DNA from: Candidatus Kuenenbacteria bacterium
GTDB lineage: Bacteria; Patescibacteriota; Patescibacteriia; UBA2196; GWA2-42-15
Reading direction: 5' to 3'
DNA: 40,309 nt
Assembly (NCBI GenBank): GCA_012798565.1
Contig: JAAZMX010000036.1
Span: 1 to 40,309 of the forward strand
How positions within the stretch are numbered: position 1 is the first letter of the stretch; each line of letters opens with the position of its first letter. Below, piece after piece: positions 9,833 through 18,168 of the stretch. A model generated the notes under the pieces. That model had not been told where the DNA came from. It saw only the letters and a program-made list of their open reading frames with translations, and made no database searches. Made by a program: the position numbers and the translations under genes.

Positions 9833-10468
9833 TTAATTATTTACATGTTCCTCTGCTTCAGCCATAGCCGCTAACACAATGGCCACAAATTTCTCCTTCG
9901 GTATTCCGAGCTCACTCTCGCAAGTATAAATATTTTCCCTACTCACGGCTGCGGCAAAACGCGCTTCTTTAAATCTTTTCAAAACTGATTCTAATTTTAC
10001 TGAAGAAACTAATTTATCCGGCAAAATTTTTGATACAGCTACAATAAATCCAGTTAAACCATCAACCGCGAACAGTGCTTTGGCTAATCTGGAATCCCGC
10101 GGAATATTTTGCACTTCATTATGTGATTGAATCACGCGAATCAGATCATCAGGAAAATCAATCTCTTTTAAAAACTTTTCCGTCAGGGGTCCGCAATGTT
10201 CCTGCATGTGGGCCTCCATATTCTCCTTGCCAGTAATTTGTTCATAATCAATATCATGAAGTAAACCGCACATCGCCCAAGTGTGCTCATCCTCCCCGCC
10301 CTGTGCGGGTCCGCCTCGGGCGGAACGCCCATTAAAATATCTTGCCAATGCCCCCATCGCCGCTTCTGTATTCAACAAATGCAATCTACCTTCCGGCGAC
10401 ACGTATTTCTCCACCAACTGCCAGCATTTTTCTCTGGGGATTTGTAATTTTGATAAATTATTTTCCAT
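9833..10468 (-). CDS. HDIG-domain metal-dependent phosphohydrolase with an in-frame palindromic insertion
   Basis: GLLHDIDYE, IQSHN, ALFAVDGLTGFI and FAAAVSRE motifs; downstream of lysS. Confidence 0.88.
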   Translation of the reverse strand: MENNLSKLQIPREKCWQLVEKYVSPEGRLHLLNTEAAMGALARYFNGRSARGGPAQGGEDEHTWAMCGLLHDIDYEQITGKENMEAHMQEHCGPLTEKFLKEIDFPDDLIRVIQSHNEVQNIPRDSRLAKALFAVDGLTGFIVAVSKILPDKLVSSVKLESVLKRFKEARFAAAVSRENIYTCESELGIPKEKFVAIVLAAMAEAEEHVNN

Positions 10469-10501
10469 AATTCCTTATTCATTATTCATAATTCATAATT
10501 C

Positions 10502-10843
10502 TTAATTCACTTCTTTCCTCGCCGCCAAGGCGTATTGCATAAAATATTTATCTAAGTCTTCTGGTGCGTAACCGTAATTCTCCCTTCCATAAAAAACTTC
10601 GGCGCAAATTTCTTTAGCTCTTAAAATTTCCCTCAAAGCGCCCCGAGCGTGCCACCGCTTGTCGTCAATTGTTAAATCAAATAAATCAAAGGCTCTTTCC
10701 ATAGCCATATTCATTCTTTCTTTTTCACCGCGTTTCAAATAAATTACTGCGCGTCCGATCTCACTGCCGATATTGCCCATTTGTTCGGCCAAAGACAACT
10801 GGAACCACCTGCCATTGGCTAAATTTTGATGTATGAAATCCAT
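10502..10843 (-). CDS. conserved-looking hypothetical helical protein (partner of the DUF5674 gene)
   Basis: GRWFQLSLAEQMGNIGSEIGRA; abuts the upstream gene with no gap. Confidence 0.75.
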   Translation of the reverse strand: MDFIHQNLANGRWFQLSLAEQMGNIGSEIGRAVIYLKRGEKERMNMAMERAFDLFDLTIDDKRWHARGALREILRAKEICAEVFYGRENYGYAPEDLDKYFMQYALAARKEVN

Positions 10844-11191
10844 TTAATTATTTTTTACGAATTTATTTACGATTTCGATTATTCTTTTTCTAATTGCTTC
10901 ATCTTCCACGTTACGCGAGCGATTATTTTGCTTAGGCCGGATATTTATCATGGAATCAAATTCTACAAAATTTTCTGTGCCAAAAAATTCCGGATATAAG
11001 TTTATGCCCCACAAATCTTTTTGCTCCGAACCATTTTCCAACATTATTTGCTCTAAATCAGCGTGCATATCAGCATCAAGAGCCATTTCCCCTTTCTCCA
11101 CATCCACCACCGCTTTAACCAAACCACCATACATCTTTTCTGACATCTGTTGCAATTCCGCTAAATTTATTTTTTCAGTAATTATTTGCAT
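10844..11191 (-). CDS. DUF5674-like protein
   Basis: VKAVVDVE, MHADLE, LWGINLYP and EFDSMINIRP motifs (recognised from memory). Confidence 0.75.
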   Translation of the reverse strand: MQIITEKINLAELQQMSEKMYGGLVKAVVDVEKGEMALDADMHADLEQIMLENGSEQKDLWGINLYPEFFGTENFVEFDSMINIRPKQNNRSRNVEDEAIRKRIIEIVNKFVKNN

Positions 11192-11195
11192 AAAA

Positions 11196-11540
11196 TTATT
11201 TTAAAATACTAGCACGCTCTAAAAACAAAATAATCTTTTCACTAATTATTTTCAAAAAAATAGGAACATCATCATAGACCAAAACTTTAAAAAATATCCA
11301 AGCAATACAAATTCCGCCGATCAAAAAAATAACAAGGTTAATTTTTTTCCTCCATGACATATTCCGCAGCTGCTCATTCAAATCAATAATGGACACCTCG
11401 CTAAAAAACAATAAATACGTGATCAGAAAAGCACAAAACAAAATAATGATAAAAATCAACGCTGGCGACAAACCAGTTGTAAGCAAAAATTTTAAAACTG
11501 GTGATAATGTTTCTGATACTGCGCTTTGCGGTTGATTCAT
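11196..11540 (-). CDS. hypothetical membrane protein
   Basis: Two hydrophobic segments; tight operon spacing. Confidence 0.65.
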   Translation of the reverse strand: MNQPQSAVSETLSPVLKFLLTTGLSPALIFIIILFCAFLITYLLFFSEVSIIDLNEQLRNMSWRKKINLVIFLIGGICIAWIFFKVLVYDDVPIFLKIISEKIILFLERASILK

Positions 11541-11566
11541 AAAAATTAAATCCTGTTTTAATGTTT

Positions 11567-13051
11567 TTATGCTTTGATGCTCTCTTGCCCCTGCGGTCTC
11601 ATCAACGGAAACAACACTACATCTCGCAAATTCGTTTGCCCTGTCAAAAGCGTTAGCAAACGTTCTACCCCAAGTCCCCAGCCGGAAATCGGCGGCATAC
11701 CATATTCCATAGCCAAAATATAATCATCATCACCTGCCTGCGCTTCCGCGTCGCCTTTCTTGGCCGCTTCAGCTTGCTCTTTAAATCTCTCCGCTTGGTC
11801 TTTGGGATCCACCAATTCCGAATAAGCTTTCACGATCTCCCAGCCATTAATCAAAAGTTGGAACTGCTCCACTTTGGTTTTATCCTCATCGCTTCTCCTC
11901 GCCAAGGGTTGCAATTCCACCGGATAATTGTACAAAAACACCGGCCCGACAATATTTGGTCTGGAAACTTTTTTATAAAGCGCGTCCACCAAACTGCCAT
12001 AACCCATATTTTTCATTTCTTCAATTTCAATGCCCTGTTTTTTAATTTCTTTTTGTAATTCTTTGGCATCTTTTATTTTTTCAATATCAATGCCCGAATC
12101 TTTTTTTATCATAGCAATATAATCAACCCTTTTCCAAGGGGTGGTAAAATCCACTTCCCTTTCCTTTCCATCTTTGCCTATAACTTTCATTTTTTTAGGC
12201 AAATTCAATTTCTCAAATAAATAATCAAACATCCTCTCGGTAAATTTCATGTTATCTTCAAAATTCCAATAAGCTGCGTAGTGTTCCAAACTTATATGCT
12301 CAGGCAAATGCGACGGATCAAAACCTTCATTGCGAAAAACCTTGCCGAGTTCAAATACTTTTTCATAACCGCCCACGATTAATTCTTTTAAAGGCAACTC
12401 CAAAGAAATTCTAAGAAACACATCAATATCCAAACCATTATTATGAGTTTTATAAGGCTTGGCCGAAGCGCCGGTTGGTGAATGCATCAAAGTTTGCGTC
12501 TCTACTTCACTAAAACCCTCTCTCCAATAAAATTCCCGTAAAGCGCGCATCATTGCCGAGCGCAATTTGAATCTTTCTTTTGTTTCTTCATTGGCAATCA
12601 AATCCAAATATCTTTGGCGATAACACGCCTCTTCATCTTTCAATCCATGCCACTTTTCCGGCATCGGCCGCAAGGCCTTACCCAAAAATTCAAACTTTTT
12701 TACGAGCAATGTCTTCTCGCCTTTATGCGTGGTAAATACTTCGCCCTCAACCCCAATAAAATCACCCATGTCAAAAATCTCTTGAAACAATTTAAATTTT
12801 TCTTTCCCCACCTCATCAGCTTTAATGGCAATCTGCGCCCGAGCACTCCAATCTTGAAGATGCACAAAAATTAGCTTACCCATCGCCCTGATGGTCATAA
12901 TTCTTCCGGCCGTCTTCAACCTCCTGCCGTCCTCTGTGTTTTTTATCTCCCAAACCTTATTTTTCTTATCAAATTTAGCCGGATAAGGGTTTATCCCCAT
13001 CTCTCGTATTTTAGCCAATTTTTCTTGTCTTGTTTGTTGTTCGTCCAGCAT
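11567..13051 (-). CDS. lysS: lysyl-tRNA synthetase (class II)
   Basis: OB-fold, YRQRYLDL, FRNEG, YSELVDP and YGMPPISGWGLGVERL motifs. Confidence 0.97.
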   Translation of the reverse strand: MLDEQQTRQEKLAKIREMGINPYPAKFDKKNKVWEIKNTEDGRRLKTAGRIMTIRAMGKLIFVHLQDWSARAQIAIKADEVGKEKFKLFQEIFDMGDFIGVEGEVFTTHKGEKTLLVKKFEFLGKALRPMPEKWHGLKDEEACYRQRYLDLIANEETKERFKLRSAMMRALREFYWREGFSEVETQTLMHSPTGASAKPYKTHNNGLDIDVFLRISLELPLKELIVGGYEKVFELGKVFRNEGFDPSHLPEHISLEHYAAYWNFEDNMKFTERMFDYLFEKLNLPKKMKVIGKDGKEREVDFTTPWKRVDYIAMIKKDSGIDIEKIKDAKELQKEIKKQGIEIEEMKNMGYGSLVDALYKKVSRPNIVGPVFLYNYPVELQPLARRSDEDKTKVEQFQLLINGWEIVKAYSELVDPKDQAERFKEQAEAAKKGDAEAQAGDDDYILAMEYGMPPISGWGLGVERLLTLLTGQTNLRDVVLFPLMRPQGQESIKA

Positions 13052-13086
13052 ATTTTAATGAATTTTAATTGTTTCTATATATCCTA

Positions 13087-13115
13087 ATTTTACTGGAAAA
13101 GCGCCAAAAAATCAA
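13087..13115 (-). promoter_or_regulatory. sigma70-type promoter for lysS
   Basis: Minus strand TTGATT-N17-TAAAAT. Confidence 0.55.
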
Positions 13116-13122
13116 ACAAAGC

Positions 13123-13147
13123 AAAAGAGCCGCAAACTATGCGGCCC
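13123..13147 (-). terminator. intrinsic terminator after the ugd-like gene
   Basis: Minus strand GGGCCGCA-tagtt-TGCGGCTC followed by TTTT. Confidence 0.7.
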
Positions 13148-13178
13148 TGGCATTATTCATTATTCATAATTCATTATT

Positions 13179-13958
13179 CTAACTCATATACTTCTTGTTC
13201 GCCTCAATCACTTGCCTGATCAAACTCAAATCTACTCCCAACTCTTTGGCCCTTTCCACGATCGCTGCTGTATCTTTGGGCAAACAAGCCCCCCGCACAC
13301 CACGTTTACCGTCAAAAAATATCTGAAAATGTGAATCATTAATTCTTTTATCCAAAGCCATGCCCTTGTGCACCATCTCATAGTCAATCCCCAAAGCCTG
13401 GCATAAATCATAAAGCTCATTAGCAAAGATCACTTTCATAGCATAATAAGAATTAGTGGTATATTTTATCATCTCTGCTTCTGTCGCTTTGCAAATCAAG
13501 GTATTGCCCTTGGGCAAAATTTCTGCTACCTCTTTGGCGAGATCAGGATATTTCTTGGTATAACCGACCACGTTTTTGTCAGGATAGGCGAAATCTTCTG
13601 CCGCGAATTTGGCCGTCAAAAATTCCGGACAATACGCCAGCATCTTATTCGGATATTTTTCCTGCAACCTTTCCGTAGTTCCCGGTACTACGGTCGATTT
13701 AAGAATAATTTTTTTGCCCTCGGGAATTTTTTCTATGGTTTCTTCCACCGCCGTTAAATTTATTTTTCCTCCCTCGCCCATCGGGGTTGGCACTGACACA
13801 AAAATATAATCCTGCTCGCACACTTCTTCAAAACTATGCGTCGCCAGCTTTGGGTCGAGGTCATAAACCCGCGCATTTTTGTAATACTGTTTGGCCGCGC
13901 TACCCACCATGCCCCCGCCAATAATCCCGATCGAATATTTGTCTGTATAATCAGGCAT
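13179..13958 (-). CDS. short UDP-glucose/GDP-mannose dehydrogenase family protein
   Basis: GGGMVG, VPTP, KSTVVPGTT, PEFL, AEMIKY and GACLPKD motifs; no C-terminal domain. Confidence 0.85.
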   Translation of the reverse strand: MPDYTDKYSIGIIGGGMVGSAAKQYYKNARVYDLDPKLATHSFEEVCEQDYIFVSVPTPMGEGGKINLTAVEETIEKIPEGKKIILKSTVVPGTTERLQEKYPNKMLAYCPEFLTAKFAAEDFAYPDKNVVGYTKKYPDLAKEVAEILPKGNTLICKATEAEMIKYTTNSYYAMKVIFANELYDLCQALGIDYEMVHKGMALDKRINDSHFQIFFDGKRGVRGACLPKDTAAIVERAKELGVDLSLIRQVIEANKKYMS

Positions 13959-14111
13959 ACATTAAAATTTTTAATTTCTAATTTTTAATTTTTAAATAAA
14001 TCTCAATTTTTAATTTCCAAATAATTCGTTAATAGATTAATCCGCTAATAAATAATTTCTTATACTTAATACTAAATACTATATACTATATACTATATAC
14101 AAATACTTGAT

Positions 14112-15038
14112 TTATCTTTGGCATTTTGGACAATACGCGGTCGTCCTAGAACCTTGTTTCATCGATTTGATAATATTTCGACATCTTGGACACTTCTCCC
14201 CTGATCGGTCGTACACTTTTAAATATTCTATCATATTTCCCTGTCGGCCAAAAGCATCCACATAATTGTCCGCCGAAGTTCCCTTCTTCTCTACTGCCAA
14301 TTTTAATATTCTTATCAAACAATCATACAATTCTTTTAACTCAGCGTTGCTAATATCTTTCACTCTCCGGTTGGGCACTATTCCGGCGCAAAAACACGCC
14401 TCCTGCGCGTAAATATTGCCTACGCCAGCGATGGAATCCTGCTCCATCAAGAGCGGCTTAATTACCTTGCCTTTTTTCTTTAACAATAATTCTTTAAATT
14501 TTTCAAAAGTAAATTCCTTCTCCAGTGGTTCCACCCCGAACTCCTTGTCAATCTTATTCAGCTCCTCCTTATCAACCAATTTGACCCACCCAAATTGCCG
14601 CAAATCATTAAAAAACAACCTGCTCCCATCATGAAAATTAAAAATCACATGTGAATATTTATTGGGTAAATTTATCAAAAGTTTATCCCGAGCGGAGTCG
14701 AGGGATCCCATTTTCGCCCCACTTTTTTTATCTTTAACATCCCCATATTTTATCGGGTGTCCACCCCCAGCCAGTTTACCGCTCCGATCCCGATAAATCA
14801 GCTGCCCGGTCATCTTCAAATGAAAAACCAAATGCCACCCATTTTGTAAATCAAAAATAAGCATTTTGGCTCTGCGCCTGACTGCAGTAATTTTTTGCCC
14901 CTGAACCAATTTCAAAAATTTTGCCTTGGGCGCTTTCACCTGCTTGGCCAAATTTATGTCAACCGATTTTATTTTCTTATTTCTAATCAGCTCGGCCAAC
15001 TCTCTTTTAATTGTCTCTACTTCTGGCAATTCGGGCAT
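14112..15038 (-). CDS. mutM: formamidopyrimidine-DNA glycosylase with an in-frame insertion
   Basis: MPELPEVET start (ATG at 15038), HLKMTG, GVGNIYA and C4 zinc finger. Confidence 0.96.
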   Translation of the reverse strand: MPELPEVETIKRELAELIRNKKIKSVDINLAKQVKAPKAKFLKLVQGQKITAVRRRAKMLIFDLQNGWHLVFHLKMTGQLIYRDRSGKLAGGGHPIKYGDVKDKKSGAKMGSLDSARDKLLINLPNKYSHVIFNFHDGSRLFFNDLRQFGWVKLVDKEELNKIDKEFGVEPLEKEFTFEKFKELLLKKKGKVIKPLLMEQDSIAGVGNIYAQEACFCAGIVPNRRVKDISNAELKELYDCLIRILKLAVEKKGTSADNYVDAFGRQGNMIEYLKVYDRSGEKCPRCRNIIKSMKQGSRTTAYCPKCQR

Positions 15039-15145
15039 ACCCATTAATTTTCAATTACTAAATTTTCAATTTCCAAACAATTAAAAAATATTTTAATTTT
15101 AAAATTGATAAATTGAAACATTGTTTGAAAATTGAAAATTGAAAA

Positions 15146-15397
15146 TTATTTTTCCTCCTCCGCCTTCAATTTTCTCTCCTTTTCTTCTTGCCCCCGGTTA
15201 TACCCTCCCGCTTTCCCATCTGACCGAATCACCCGATAGCAGGGAATTCTGGGATCATAGTTCTTATTCAAAATATTTCCCACTGCTCGGTAAGCCTTCG
15301 ACCTTCCAGCTGATTTTGCCACTTGTTTATAAGTCAAAACTTTTCCTTTCGGTATTTTAGCAACCACTCTCAAAACTTTTTCTCTGAATCCTTTCAT
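15146..15397 (-). CDS. MGMT/Ogt-family DNA-binding-domain-only protein
   Basis: IPKGKVLTY, RAVGN and IPCYRVI (variant of PCHRV). Confidence 0.88.
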   Translation of the reverse strand: MKGFREKVLRVVAKIPKGKVLTYKQVAKSAGRSKAYRAVGNILNKNYDPRIPCYRVIRSDGKAGGYNRGQEEKERKLKAEEEK

Positions 15398-15937
15398 TTA
15401 AAATTTAAGACTTAAAATTTTTTGATAATATGACCCTTCTGGCCTCAATTCTGATTCCATCAAATTCACGCCTTCCACCCAAAATTCCTTTTGGCCCAGC
15501 TCCGGTTGGCTCAACTCTATTTTTCTCATCGGTTCCTTGAACCGCGCCAAAGTCACATGTGGCACCTGCTTTCTACTGCTGCCAACCTCTATAAAATCAC
15601 GCACTGATAATCTGCTCGCCGCTACCAAATCATCAAATTCTTTACTAGCTTCAAATTCAGCCCAGATCATCCCATAATCTCTTTGCTCTGGCGACCAGAC
15701 TACCCTGTCAAATCTCAGAATAAATTTCTGTCCGCCAAACAACTCTGCTTTTAATTTATCTTCTAAATCGCCGAGCTTTTCCAGGGCCACCTCACCCAAA
15801 AATACCGTGGTAATATGCAAATTTTCCTTTGGCGTCCAGCGTGCTTTTAATATCTTGGCATGGCTTTCCTGCCAATTGACCAATTCTCCCTTCATTTTCT
15901 CTGGCAAATCTATTGCCAAAAATAATCTCTTTGTCAT
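15398..15937 (-). CDS. thpR: RNA 2',3'-cyclic phosphodiesterase (2H phosphoesterase)
   Basis: RLFLAI; two HxT motifs (HITT, HVTLAR); C-terminal SELRPEG. Confidence 0.9.
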   Translation of the reverse strand: MTKRLFLAIDLPEKMKGELVNWQESHAKILKARWTPKENLHITTVFLGEVALEKLGDLEDKLKAELFGGQKFILRFDRVVWSPEQRDYGMIWAEFEASKEFDDLVAASRLSVRDFIEVGSSRKQVPHVTLARFKEPMRKIELSQPELGQKEFWVEGVNLMESELRPEGSYYQKILSLKF

Positions 15938-16025
15938 AAAGTTATTCTAACAAAATAACCATTCACTGGCAAAATCTTGATTAAAATCAAAGTTTATGTT
16001 AATCTAAAACTAAATTTAAACTAGT

Positions 16026-16111
16026 GGGTCGGTACCAAAGCGGTCAACTGGGGCAGACTGTAAATCTGCTGGCATTCGCCTTCGTTGGTTCGAATCCAAC
16101 CCGGCCCACCA
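16026..16111 (+). tRNA. tRNA-Tyr (GTA)
   Basis: Acceptor stem GGGTCGG/CCGGCCC plus A-CCA; anticodon arm GCAGA-CTGTAAA-TCTGC; long variable arm; GGTTCGAATCC T-loop. Confidence 0.97.
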
Positions 16112-16161
16112 CCTGTTAAAATAATTACAAATAAAAAATCCAAAAAAATAAGGAGCGGACA

Positions 16162-17159
16162 ATGAGTAAGACAAGTAGAACAAATAGAGAACGGCATGTG
16201 GCCCTAGAAGGGTATTTCATGTATCTCAAAGAAACAGCCAAGCTTGTTGATCCTTATGTATATACACATATTGAAAAACAGTTTGGGCAACTACCTTGGC
16301 TGAAGGGCCTAATTATCGACCGATATCGCTTCGGTCAACCACAGCTTAGACCAGCAACAGTACGTATGGCATATGAACTTGCTGGTGGTAAAGACTGGCA
16401 ACAGATTATACCCCTTTGCGCAGCGATGGAAGTCAAAGATACTGGGTATTATTGCTTCGATGAAATGCTTGATGTATCTGGTATTAGCGAATCTCTATTA
16501 ATGACTGGCTATTCTACCATAATATGGTATGGACAATGCTCAATGATCTCCCCTACCCTACAAAGTTGATTACTCAAGTTCGCCAAGCAATTCATGAGTT
16601 GGATCTCGATAACATGAATGGAATTAAAATTGAAACCGAGATGGCAAAAACCAAGTGCATGAATGAAGCGCTATATATGGAAAGGGTTAAGGGGTATAAC
16701 TTCTGGGAGCATGTGTTCCATGCAGGCGCCATCCTGGCACAAGCAAACGCCGAGATAATAGCACTAATCCAAAAAATAGGCCAATTTATAGGTATTGCAT
16801 ATATAATTGCGAGTGATACTTATGAATTTGGCAAAAATAATCTTGAGGATTTCCAATCTGGAAAAATTACCCTGCCTATCATTCATGCGCTTAAACAGAC
16901 GAATTCTGACGACATACAAACTCTCAAATCTTTGCATGGACGGAAGCTTACGACTGAGCTTCAAGAAAAAATTTGCCTAATTATGGTCAAGTGCGGGGCA
17001 ATCGACTATGGGAAGAGTGTAGCAAGAGAATGGTGCCAACAGGCCTTAAATCTTCTAAGGGAATTCAAAGATTCGCCAGTAAAAAATATCATCGAATTCT
17101 CCACCACGATAACACAACGCAACCGGTATTATACTAAACTTGAAACTTATCGAGAATAA
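16162..17159 (+). pseudogene. divergent polyprenyl (trans-isoprenyl diphosphate) synthase-like gene split by a frameshift near 16508
   Basis: ORF1 has LRPATV and FDEMLD (FARM-like); ORF2 has IGIAYIIASDTYE and DFQSGKITLPII; AAGGAG SD upstream; the frames overlap. Confidence 0.75.
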
Positions 17160-17168
17160 AAAGGAGTT

Positions 17169-17213
17169 AATTAAACTGGGACACTTATTAATCAAGGTGC
17201 CCCAGTTTTAATT
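17169..17213 (+). terminator. hairpin terminator after the prenyl synthase-like gene
   Basis: AAACTGGGACAC...GTGCCCCAGTTTT inverted repeat. Confidence 0.6.
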
Positions 17214-17256
17214 CCGTTGGCTCAGGGCTCCGACCTGAACTTAAATATTTATCAAT

Positions 17257-17292
17257 AAAAAAAGCCGCGATGATTTTGTCACCATCGCGGCT
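17257..17292 (-). terminator. intrinsic terminator of cassette 1
   Basis: 10-bp stem AGCCGCGATG/CATCGCGGCT followed by a T-tract on the minus strand. Confidence 0.8.
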
Positions 17293-17309
17293 ATGACGCA
17301 CAAAGCTGC

Positions 17310-17594
17310 TTACCCCCAAAAAGCTTCTAAGAAAGCCTTAATTGAACTCTCTAAATTATTTGTATCATGAGGGAAACCCAACGAACCATAAACCTTGTTC
17401 GGGGGATTAATCCCAGCCCATACTAAGGCTCTAATATAAGCCTTGTAAAAAGCTTCAAAAGCATCCCCATCCGAGGCAACCGCTCTCCTCCGCACAGTCG
17501 TTTGCCCCACCCGAAGATAAACCACTACCGAAATTGAAAAAAGCCTGCCAGATACTCCATGATGGATAGTGTACTTTATTATCTTGCCTTTCAT
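17310..17594 (-). CDS. hypothetical 94-aa protein downstream of the Ile-type attenuator
   Basis: Strong SD AAGGAGG upstream of ATG; has its own terminator. Confidence 0.75.
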   Translation of the reverse strand: MKGKIIKYTIHHGVSGRLFSISVVVYLRVGQTTVRRRAVASDGDAFEAFYKAYIRALVWAGINPPNKVYGSLGFPHDTNNLESSIKAFLEAFWG

Positions 17595-17618
17595 GGCATC
17601 CTCCTTTTCGTTAAACCC

Positions 17619-17646
17619 AAAAGACCTTCCACTACTGTGGAAGGCC
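17619..17646 (-). terminator. attenuator terminator 1
   Basis: Minus strand GGCCTTCCAC-AGTA-GTGGAAGGTC-TTTT between leader and gene. Confidence 0.75.
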
Positions 17647-17679
17647 CGGTTATTTATGTTAACTATTTTTCTTTTTATC

Positions 17680-17760
17680 TTAAGTTAAACAAAAACCTTC
17701 CACAGTTAACTGGGAAATAATAATCGCAATAATAATGCTGTTTCTGTGAAAGTTTTGCAT
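17680..17760 (-). CDS. putative Ile-rich leader peptide MQNFHRNSIIIAIIISQLTVEGFCLT
   Basis: 26-aa ORF just after a promoter; six clustered ATT codons; contains an 11-nt antiterminator strand. Confidence 0.7.
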   Translation of the reverse strand: MQNFHRNSIIIAIIISQLTVEGFCLT

Positions 17761-17769
17761 AATGAATAT

Positions 17770-17797
17770 ATTCTACTATACCTAGTTTTTTTGTCAA
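17770..17797 (-). promoter_or_regulatory. sigma70 promoter of cassette 1
   Basis: TTGACA-N16-TAGAAT; leader ATG follows 9 nt after the -10. Confidence 0.7.
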
Positions 17798-17799
17798 AT

Positions 17800-17833
17800 A
17801 AAAAAGGCGTCCAGATTTTCTTAGAACGCCTTT
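17800..17833 (-). terminator. intrinsic terminator of cassette 2
   Basis: Minus strand AAAGGCGTTCT...GGACGCCTTTTTT. Confidence 0.7.
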
Positions 17834-17839
17834 CACTCT

Positions 17840-18007
17840 TTACTTCTCCGCTGCCCCTAATGTGATTCTTGCTCCGGTATGGTGAGCAAATTCAGATCGC
17901 AAGTTGGTGCCACAAGCAGAGCATCGGCCCTTGTCATTAATCACAGTTTCTTTTTGACAGTTGGGGCACTGCACCTTCTTGCCATTCTCATCTCTTGGCT
18001 CTTGCAT
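17840..18007 (-). CDS. small zinc-ribbon protein downstream of the Leu-type attenuator
   Basis: CPNC and CSAC pairs; probable ATG at 18007 with GAGGG SD (the ORF-track start overlaps the attenuator T-tract). Confidence 0.72.
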   Translation of the reverse strand: MQEPRDENGKKVQCPNCQKETVINDKGRCSACGTNLRSEFAHHTGARITLGAAEK

Positions 18008-18041
18008 TGAATTTTCCCTCACTTTTTTAGTTTTAAAAACC

Positions 18042-18069
18042 AAAAACCTAGCCCTTGTTCGGCTAGATT
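18042..18069 (-). terminator. attenuator terminator 2
   Basis: Minus strand AATCTAGCC-GAACAAG-GGCTAGGTT followed by T-tracts. Confidence 0.72.
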
Positions 18070-18102
18070 CGTTAATTTTCTTTTTATTTTAAATATCAAA
18101 AT

Positions 18103-18162
18103 CTAGCCGAATTGTCTTAATCCGAGCAACAACAAAGCTAAATTTTGGCTGTTTCTTATCAT
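18103..18162 (-). CDS. putative Leu-rich leader peptide MIRNSQNLALLLLGLRQFG
   Basis: 19-aa ORF with six Leu codons in eight positions; 12-nt antiterminator strand overlaps the stop codon. Confidence 0.7.
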   Translation of the reverse strand: MIRNSQNLALLLLGLRQFG

Positions 18163-18168
18163 AAAACT

